DNA of 63,336 nt, the filler included. It is 16 parts of 16 records of this genome, joined end to end, with 100 filler letters (N's around TTAATTAATTAA, not from the genome) between each part and the next. Parts side by side here need not be neighbours in the genome. Positions count along the whole stretch, not along the records: positions 49,216 to 51,853 come from SRR16133337_50827; positions 51,954 to 54,002 come from SRR16133337_51537; positions 54,103 to 56,280 come from SRR16133337_51810; positions 56,381 to 63,336 come from SRR16133337_51896; 12 more parts are not named here. The stretch is one strand, 5' to 3'. Under the pieces are notes generated by a model. The model saw only the letters and a program-made list of their open reading frames with translations. It made no database searches and was not told the DNA's origin. Both the position numbers and the translations under genes were made by a program. Positions 49,737-58,311 of this stretch are shown one piece after another (the first letter of the stretch is position 1; every line of letters starts with the position of its first letter).

Positions 49737-49866
49737 GGATAACGGTTAGGCTATGGCTAGTAATGGGTTTGAAAACACTAGCTTTCGAAATTAGCTATAT
49801 TTGATTAACAGCACTAACTTTTGATTTTGCAACGAAGCCCTTATTAGCTATAGTCATTGTTACCTG
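49737..49866. repeat. complete attC-like recombination hairpin between cassettes (about 130 bp)
   Basis: GGATAAC...GTTACCTG core boxes, unpaired spacer, 20-bp stem 49750-49770/49835-49854 with four G.T pairs and one extrahelical T (49764) on the + strand. Confidence 0.7.
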
Positions 49867-50871
49867 TTGGCTTTTCCTGTTTTTAGATAATTTATTTTGT
49901 ATTCGTTTATTTCTGATTAAAATCCTAAAATATGGGCATTTTCCATTTATCGACAAATCTTTTTCATCATTTCCTTTTCTGAATTTAATTATTTCAAACT
50001 GTTCGGGATTGAATTTGTGTAGAAATGTAATAGGCACACCCATAAAACTACTGTAGTCTAATGGAATATCTTTAGTTTTATTAACGTTAATACCATCGTA
50101 ATTGTCATATTTAGGATATTCAATTTCGTTTCCAAGGTATTTTTTTGTGAGAGTAATATCTTCGTGTCGTTTAGAAGTGTCTAAATTAGTTAACCATAAA
50201 CAGTTGTTTGGTGAAACTATTCTGTTTCCTAGATCGTCAATTCGAGTTTCTGTTCCATACAATTCATAGTGTTCAGGTACAATAAAACCTGAAATACCTC
50301 TACCAAGATTTATTCCTAACCAAGCTCTATTTCCTTTAATAAGCTTAAATATTTCTTTATACGTGATTACATTAATGTTGCCAATTATCAAAAATTTCTT
50401 GTCGTATTTAACTAATTGAGCTACATATTCCCTGAATAATGAAAATGGGGGATTAGTAATTACAATATCTGATTGCTTTAATAATTCGATGCTTTCAGGA
50501 TTACGAAAATCGCCATCACTTTTAAAATGAACAATATCATTTGAATTTGGTTTGTCTTTTTCTCCTTCTTTACCTGTATATTCAAAGAAAAAGCCATTTT
50601 CAGTTTCTTCTGTATTAAATAAGTCATTCTTTTGTTCTTGATAGCAAGCAGCAATCAATTTTTTAAGACCTAATTCATTGAAATTAGATGCAAAATATTT
50701 AAAAAAATTACTAATACGAGCATCATCGCAATTACAAAAAACTACCTTATCTTTAAAATGGTTTTTATAATGTTGTAATTCACTTTCTATATCTGAAAGC
50801 TGTGTATAAAACTCATCATTTTTGTTTTGTTTTGCTTTAGTAAGCAAAGAGTGCTTTACTTTTCTTGCCAT
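49795..50871 (-). CDS. ecoRIM: EcoRI-family N6-adenine DNA methyltransferase
   Basis: AKQNKNDEFYTQ, VFCNCDD, SNFFKYF, DIVITNPPFSLFREY, MGVPITF, PYFRILI closely follow M.EcoRI; C-terminal tail runs into the attC-like site. Confidence 0.93.
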   Translation of the reverse strand: MARKVKHSLLTKAKQNKNDEFYTQLSDIESELQHYKNHFKDKVVFCNCDDARISNFFKYFASNFNELGLKKLIAACYQEQKNDLFNTEETENGFFFEYTGKEGEKDKPNSNDIVHFKSDGDFRNPESIELLKQSDIVITNPPFSLFREYVAQLVKYDKKFLIIGNINVITYKEIFKLIKGNRAWLGINLGRGISGFIVPEHYELYGTETRIDDLGNRIVSPNNCLWLTNLDTSKRHEDITLTKKYLGNEIEYPKYDNYDGINVNKTKDIPLDYSSFMGVPITFLHKFNPEQFEIIKFRKGNDEKDLSINGKCPYFRILIRNKRIQNKLSKNRKSQQVTMTIANKGFVAKSKVSAVNQI

Positions 50872-50877
50872 TGCTAT

Positions 50878-51714
50878 CTAATTATTTTCAGTTATTTGGT
50901 TAAATATTTCACTTCCTAAAACTTTAAGAGAGGTTCTAGAAATTTCCATCATAATATCAAACATTTTCTTTGCTTCCCATTTACCTCCATTTCCTTGTGA
51001 GTATATTGATGTCGCTTGAAGCATAATTGTTTTGTCCTTATGTTTTACAAACTTATTTTTACACAAGTTCGTGTTAATTGGCATTCCGTAATTTGCAGAT
51101 GTCAATCTGTCTAGTCTATTTAGCATTCCTGAATTGTATTCAAGTTTTACGATTCTACCATCAGGTCTTTTAATTGAGATTGTTTCTGTTAAGAAATTTG
51201 ACCCTTCTAAAAACAAGACATATGGGAAATGAGATTCAGATAACATCAAATTAGCAATCTCCGATATGTTTTTATGAGACCTTTCTATTGCATTTCCAGC
51301 AGCCATTAAATCTTGATTATTGTTTTTACCAACTAATTTTCCTTTTTCTATGTTATCGATGTCTTTTCCTTGATGTTTAGCTTCTGATACTAACACTATT
51401 CTCCAGTTGTTATCATCATCTTTGACTTCAATTACTCCTCCGTCAGGTTTAATACTTGAGTTTGATACAAAAAGAGTTAGACCTAGTTCTTTATCAACTT
51501 TCTGTAAAGCTTTGTTTATTTCTTCTTTTTTTATGCTCGTTTTGTATTGAAAAGATAATTGAGGATATTCTTTTTCAAGTTGTTCAATCACAAGATTTGA
51601 TATTTTTCCAACTGTTATATCGTGTAATTTTGCTTCATCTCCAAATATGCCAACTACGCCTTGAGACTTTTTATGTTGATTTGTTAACCTTTTTGATTGA
51701 TTCTTTTTAGACAT
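50878..51714 (-). CDS. ecoRIR: EcoRI-family type II restriction endonuclease (predicted GAATTC specificity)
   Basis: SNSSIKPDGG...EAKHQG catalytic motif, QDLMAAGNAIERSHKNISE recognition segment, LNRLDRLT; collinear with R.EcoRI over 278 aa. Confidence 0.95.
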   Translation of the reverse strand: MSKKNQSKRLTNQHKKSQGVVGIFGDEAKLHDITVGKISNLVIEQLEKEYPQLSFQYKTSIKKEEINKALQKVDKELGLTLFVSNSSIKPDGGVIEVKDDDNNWRIVLVSEAKHQGKDIDNIEKGKLVGKNNNQDLMAAGNAIERSHKNISEIANLMLSESHFPYVLFLEGSNFLTETISIKRPDGRIVKLEYNSGMLNRLDRLTSANYGMPINTNLCKNKFVKHKDKTIMLQATSIYSQGNGGKWEAKKMFDIMMEISRTSLKVLGSEIFNQITENN

Positions 51715-51786
51715 AATTATTAGCTATCAATATTTTATTTTACAAAAGCACAAAATTTGAACTGATGTTTCTGGTTTCGGTGCTTG

Positions 51787-51853
51787 CAGGTAACGTGTTT
51801 GTATATGGTTTGTTGCGTGTTTCAAGCACCTAATTTAGCAAATACAAACCGAA
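51787..51853. repeat. partial attC-like element upstream of the EcoRI cassette (cut by contig end)
   Basis: CAGGTAAC-GTGTTT-GTATATGGTTTGT has the same TAAC plus TATGGYTWGT arm layout as the 49737 and 49247 elements. Confidence 0.6.
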
Positions 51854-54800
51854 NNNNNNNNNNNNNNNNNNNNNNNNNNNNNNNNNNNNNNNNNNNNTTA
51901 ATTAATTAANNNNNNNNNNNNNNNNNNNNNNNNNNNNNNNNNNNNNNNNNNNNAATTCTTTGAAAATGACAACACGATTGTTTTTCTCCTACCAAATATG
52001 CACTGTTAACGCATCTTCTAAATGTCAAATACCACATGGCAAAACACAGTTTAAAAAAGCGACACACTCATCCTGCACCACCCCACCACATGAATAAATA
52101 TTTCCCAAAGGTGGGATCAAAAAATAGAAAATACATGCATCTCGAATTTTGTGGAGCAAAATCCATCAAAATTTGTGTTCTTTCGGAAATTTTCGCGATG
52201 TTTTCTATAGCGTTAACAATAAATATTTATGCTGCGCCAGTTGTCACCTTTTTCTCCACATCTCAAATAATGTTCGTATATTAATGAAAAATAAATTTTG
52301 AGAACACGCATGTTGATAACAAAGTCTTGTACAGCTTGTTCCAGTGTTCATACATTTGTTAACTTCAACAAAAACGTAAAACAATTGTAAGTACCAATTT
52401 TGTGTGTAAATATGCCATAGCCGAGTTTGAAAGATGTTTTTAAGAAAAATGATCGCGAAATAGATTTTTTGTTAAAACATTTTCGATACAACCAAAACGA
52501 CATATTTCTCGGAAAAAATGCTGTATTATATTGGAATACGCATGTCAACTAAATACTTACGGAACTCTTTGGAGTAAACCGTGAGGGTAACATTTAATCT
52601 CGTATTAAAATCTTTTGTCGTTGCAACATATCGTTCGGCATATTCTCTGATCACGTCAAGAGCTAATTGAAATAACTTCCGCTTGTGTGTAAGTTTGGAG
52701 ATGAATTCCAAGTTTATTTGTGTAGTACTCGCGTAGATCTTCCGGAATGAACTCAGAAATTGTTATCACGTGACGAAGATTTGTTGAGGATTCGTCAACC
52801 CACCTACGGTAAAATAATAAAATAAATACATAACAAAAACTATTATCGCTTGCAACTTATAGATGAATTAAAAGCAAAAACACACAATCAAGACAAAAAA
52901 AACATACGAAAAGTGAAACACACCACCGCGCGTTTTTATGTATTGAATTGCGTGATTTGTCTCCAAATTCTAAAAGGCACACACAACGTGCCCGCAAAAA
53001 GTATTGCCATTTTGTATAGCCAGTTCGTGTCACAATATGAAAAACGTTTTTTTCGAACTGTTCACTTCAGATTTAGAATCACAAAACAAACATGTCACAG
53101 AATATCTAGCGCATTTTAAAAAACACAATACACACCCAAACTCCGGACTTCACACCCACAATCCATACAACTCAAATAGACGTTACGTTTTTGGTGATTT
53201 TCAAAACAAAAATGTATTTTTGAACAAACTGACTGGTTGTGCGAGTGGTGTGGGTATTTAATGGGTTAGACACCGTAATGTTTCAATAAAATCACATTTA
53301 TCATTCAGAATGCATATGTAATCTAACACATACTCAATAATATACTGTATCCTCTTGTTTTGCTGTCAGCCAGTAGGAAAAGCGGTAAGCATCAAGGTTA
53401 AAATTCGAACAGAGCTTATATTTATTTTCTATTGTAACATTTATAAGGTCGATATTATATTCTAACGGACTTTCCTCAACTTATTATTATCAATACTCTG
53501 GTTTAGAAAACAGTTTGCCACACACGAGTTGTTTTTGTTCAACCTGAGTATTATCAAAACAAAAAAACAGCATATTTTCACTTTTTTAGATTCAAGGATA
53601 TAAATTTGGAAATTTTGTCAGAGCGCAGGAATACATAAACGTTATATGGACCATGATAACGCAATAAAACCTTACAAATTCCGCCACACATTTTATATGT
53701 AAACACAATAACAGTTGTAATATTAAACTATTTTTGAACAAAACCCTAACACGGCACTTTCATAAACTTCAGGCACATTTGTGTCATCAATGAAATGTAG
53801 GACAATTTATTCGATTTTTATATTTTGTTTTCCGTCAATGAAACTACAATCTACCAAATATGTGTGTAATAAATACAATTTCTGTCGAGAGCAAGCCAAA
53901 ACCAAAAGCTTCGCTTTTGAATATCACTTTTTCATTGTCTACCGTAATTCATTCGGAATTCTTCAGCAATACAAAAATTGTATTTTGTTTTGGAAACTTA
54001 CCNNNNNNNNNNNNNNNNNNNNNNNNNNNNNNNNNNNNNNNNNNNNTTAATTAATTAANNNNNNNNNNNNNNNNNNNNNNNNNNNNNNNNNNNNNNNNNN
54101 NNTGCCGTCGCTTTAGTGTACGCAGGAAATTTTTGAAACAGTTATTTCGGAGCAACAAAAGAGATTTTTTCCAAAATTTTTGTAGATTTGAAAACCTCCA
54201 AGCAATGCCCAAAATCTCTCGTTGTGTTTTAAAAATCCATTTTTGTCAGTCTTGTTGTCGTCTTGTTTTTCCAAAATGCAATAGAGAAATAATTGTCTAC
54301 GGGACAGTAACCACCTACGTCATAAAAAGTGTTGTATGTTAGCCGGAAGAACACTCTTCACAAGGACAGACGTGCAAGAGCTGACTCGGTTCTTCATTCG
54401 AACTTCAACCCTCAAAAAAGGGGGTTGTTAGATTCCTCTTGTGACTCCTACTTTCGCAGATTGTTCTCGAAGGAACAAGTTGAAGCACTGAAGGAATGTC
54501 TTGCCGCTTACACTTTCACAGAACGTGAGTAGTATCAAATTTTTTTCGACCTGATGAAAATGTGAGAAAAATCAACAAAACAAAGTGTGAATTAAGTTCC
54601 CCAGCCCTTCTTTTTTTCTTTTTTTTTTGTGATATGTCATGACATATTTTGTGATTACCGCTTTGTACTTTTGTTTGGTTTGGAATTGTGCAAGTTGTGG
54701 AGTTTTGCAATTGTGACTTCAAAAAAATCTGAGATTACGCCACAATGACGTGTAAAATTCGAAACTGCGTGTTGTAATTTCTTCGCATTGGGTCTCCAAT

Positions 54801-55558
54801 GAGACATTGATATTGGATTTCGCAAATACTAACAATAAGGCGTATCTGACTGCCAAAAAATAATTTGACAGGTGACACACAATTCAAAAGTCAGGAAAGT
54901 TGTCTCAGCAGGTCGCAAATGTGGTTGCAAAATTCATTAGACTAAAACCCTACCCAAGATTTTCCAGATCATATACTCAAACCTAATCTTTTGCGATCAC
55001 ATTAATGAAAATTTTTGTTTGAGGTGTTACAAACCCTTCATGTATTTGGCCTGGTCTCAACTTTTCTACAAGGTACGAGAAACTTTCAAGACATCCTGAC
55101 AAGCTACATCATAAACCTGTCACATTCAAGACATGAAAAAACGAGCAGACGCTTTTCTGGGGTGGCACGCACGCTTTTTCAGCCAAGCAAATCAATTTTA
55201 GCCATAGAAGCACTTTGGGATAACCAGGCCAAAAGCGTGACACCCACAAACGAAAATTTCCAATTTTGCAAACAGTTGAGATAACATCAGTGAAACACTC
55301 CCTTTGCAGGTTGAATATATTTTTTATTACATACTATTTTTTATGTGCGTAGATTTGGGTGAGCCAGAGGTTGTGGGGTTGGGTGGGTGGTGGGTGTAGG
55401 AAAATTCATTCTGGCAGTGGAACACGACCGAAAAACACAAAAAAAAACGCTTCACAGAATTTTAAGTGGTGAACACGACTAGGAAAAGTAAAAGTCAGTA
55501 CTTAAAAGTTTTAATGCGTCAAGGCATCATTGAAGTTGTGTAAATGTTGGGTCCAGTA

Positions 55559-55711
55559 CAGGTAACTTCCACCAATAAGGTCACCACTTATGGCATTTAG
55601 GGCGGGTGTTGACCTTATTGGTGGTAGTTGGAGGCAGTCTAAAAACAGTTGCCCAAAAAATCACATTCTCGCTTTAGTGCAGGTGTTGACCTTATTGGTG
55701 GAAGTTACCTG
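55559..55711. mobile_element. eukaryotic MITE, Tc1/mariner-type, 25-bp perfect TIRs with TA target duplication
   Basis: TA|CAGGTAACTTCCACCAATAAGGTCA ... TGACCTTATTGGTGGAAGTTACCTG|TA; a third partial TIR copy lies inside at about 55610-55628. Confidence 0.8.
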
Positions 55712-56380
55712 TAACATTAATTTTCATAAATGTGAATCAATTGATTCCACACAATGCAGCACTGCGACAAAGATGTATTTTCACTTGTTTTGTGTTTTGA
55801 CTAGGGGTTTTCAAGCACTTGTTCTCTGCTTTGGATCAGAATCAGTCACGTACTTGGAATGTTCATATTAATTGACTTATGCTTTGTGTGGTGATCATGC
55901 ATTAAATTATGGTTAACGAATGTTTTGTAGAAGTTGTTATGTAATCGATCCAGAAAATACAAAAATTGAGTGCATACTGTTCAATCGCTTGTGTCATAGG
56001 AAAAAGACCAAAAACGTGTGATGTAATTCTTGTGACATCTTTTCTACTGAAAACATAGTGGTTACACACGTTGCTGAGTGATGTAGACCTCATGTTTCTT
56101 TAAAACATTTCCTGGGCAATTTAAGTGTTGAAATTTGTAACCACTCTATGGATCCATAGAGTTGGGGTCTCACCAGGACATAATTTATTACAATCAAAGA
56201 AAATTCAAAGCAATATTTTATTTCATTAAAAAAACCTTGGATAGCGCTAGAAATTTCTCATTTCAATTGCATTTTTGGTGNNNNNNNNNNNNNNNNNNNN
56301 NNNNNNNNNNNNNNNNNNNNNNNNTTAATTAATTAANNNNNNNNNNNNNNNNNNNNNNNNNNNNNNNNNNNNNNNNNNNN

Positions 56381-56943
56381 AATCCTAGATATGAACTATC
56401 TTTTGTAGATAGAGGATTTTTGTAATCCGGAATAAAGAAGAAGCCATCTTTTGTAGATGTGACCATATTATGTATATATTGTGATTTGTCAATTCTTTAC
56501 TTATATTAATCTATGCTTTTAAATTGTTTCCATTGTATTTTTTGTATTCAAAAATACCAAGCTTAGAATGTACTCTATAATACCCTCAAAAGTGTACAGA
56601 ATCTTGCCAAGTGTGTGAACACAAGGTGTAGAGGTTATAGTAAACATTCCAAGCCTGGGTATATAAGAAACCCATTTCATTGTAATCTTCAGTCAGTTTT
56701 AATGTGCTTATTGAACAACTAAGATACTTAATAAAGTTCTTGACCTTTTAAAAAGACTACTTGACTCAATAGTTAGATACAAGTTAGACAGTTTACAGTC
56801 CACATAAAGGTTTAGGAACCTTTACTTTTTGCAAGACATAAGTTATTTATCATACAAGTGTTCCAAGGTTCTTGGGTGTCCAAGATATCTTTTGTATGAT
56901 ACTAGTGTGGTGCTAGCTACTCAGGTCAACCTGCTCCACCACA
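56381..56943 (+). repeat. putative 5' LTR (start uncertain or cut) of the Ty3/Gypsy element
   Basis: TATATAA at 56660, AATAAA at 56730, ends ...CCACCACA just before the PBS; no second LTR in the window to confirm it. Confidence 0.55.
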
Positions 56944-56947
56944 TTAA

Positions 56948-56965
56948 TGGTGTCAGCTGTGAGAT
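56948..56965 (+). promoter_or_regulatory. primer binding site, tRNA-Leu-like
   Basis: TGGTGTCAGCTGTGAGAT resembles the complement of a tRNA-Leu 3' end (TGGTGTCAGAAGTGGGAT). Confidence 0.6.
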
Positions 56966-57102
56966 AACACACACACACACAGCCTAGTGACAACAAAGGC
57001 CAAATAATAGATTGTAATATAACAATCTTGGGCATATAATATAAGTCCCCACTAGTGATAAAAGTAGTTCTTCACAGATATATATATATATCAACAATCA
57101 AC

Positions 57103-58311
57103 ATGCCTGATAATACAGAACAACAACAACAACCACAAACTCCTCGTAGCAGTGCACAAGCTCAACATACCAGAGAGCAGAATGCAGAAACAGATCCTAG
57201 GATCCCAGCAAGCTACAACCTTACAGTTGAAGGTGCAATTGGATATCAAAGGGCTAACCTCAAGAAGTCAGCACCTAAGTATTATAGGGGCCAACTTACT
57301 TGGGATATGTATATGGATTTGTTCACCAATGAAGTATCTGATTTCCCCCTGTTGAAATCTGTTGACACAAAGAAGATCTTGTACTCCAAGTTGCAGGATG
57401 AAGCCTTTCAGATGGCTAGCCCAGAGTATCATCCTAGTAAAGATGAATTCAAGGACCTCACCCTGAAGGACTATGCTAAGAAGTTAGGAGATCTGTTTGA
57501 ACCTGAGTCTGAGAGTGGCCAAGCCAAACTCAGCTTTGAACACAGAGTCCAGAACCAAGGTGAACATCCTGGTGATTACTTCCAACATAAGCTAGGATTA
57601 TTCCACAAGGCTTACAAGACCAACCACAGAGATTATGATTACTTTTATGGTAAAGTAATAGTTGGTTTGACAAACCAAGAAATGAGGAATTATCTTCGTC
57701 TCAACCTACCAAAACCATTGGACAACACCAAGGTTTTTCGTAACAGCCTCATGGAGATTGCCACTATTGTCCGTCGCAAGTTCATTGATGGTGAGATATC
57801 TGAAGCTGAAGCAATGGGAGCAGAAGCTTATGCTACTATTCAAGCCTCAGGAGGGAAGATTGAATCTATAAATGCCTTATATAGTCAGAGACCTAAAGGT
57901 GTTTGTTATCATTGTAAAAGCAAGGATCACTTCATTGCCCAGTGTCCAAGAAAAGCAGCAGGGTTACCAGCTACTGTGTCAGCTTTTCCAGAGAAAGATG
58001 AAGGTAATAATCAAATCAACAAGGTTCGTTTTAATGGATTCCGCAAGCAGTTTCCAACAAATAAACCTAAAGGTTTCAAGAAGCCTTACCAGCCCTTCCA
58101 CAAGCAGAAAGGCAAACAAGGAAGAGTTATGTTTGTTTATGAAGATGAAGAAGGTGAACTCCAATGTGAAGATCTTGAACAAGATGTGGCTAAAGAAGAG
58201 AATCCTTCAGAAGAACAGGAGGAACCCACAGAAGGTGTACATCTTGTGCAGACCCCAGAAGATTTCACTGAAAGTGATTATGTTCCTGGCTCTTTTTTAG
58301 GCCAGAACTAG
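57103..58311 (+). CDS. gag: Ty3/Gypsy Gag-like protein with CCHC zinc knuckle
   Basis: RVQNQGEHPGDY (retrotransposon Gag QxxxE motif) and CYHCKSKDHFIAQC; first ATG at 57103. Confidence 0.85.
   Translation: MPDNTEQQQQPQTPRSSAQAQHTREQNAETDPRIPASYNLTVEGAIGYQRANLKKSAPKYYRGQLTWDMYMDLFTNEVSDFPLLKSVDTKKILYSKLQDEAFQMASPEYHPSKDEFKDLTLKDYAKKLGDLFEPESESGQAKLSFEHRVQNQGEHPGDYFQHKLGLFHKAYKTNHRDYDYFYGKVIVGLTNQEMRNYLRLNLPKPLDNTKVFRNSLMEIATIVRRKFIDGEISEAEAMGAEAYATIQASGGKIESINALYSQRPKGVCYHCKSKDHFIAQCPRKAAGLPATVSAFPEKDEGNNQINKVRFNGFRKQFPTNKPKGFKKPYQPFHKQKGKQGRVMFVYEDEEGELQCEDLEQDVAKEENPSEEQEEPTEGVHLVQTPEDFTESDYVPGSFLGQN

Noticed and set aside
51954-55500. Possible small exons near 52560-52800 (minus) and 54340-54525 (plus)
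   Set aside because: Donor-like sites are present, but the frames are ambiguous or interrupted and no product can be supported
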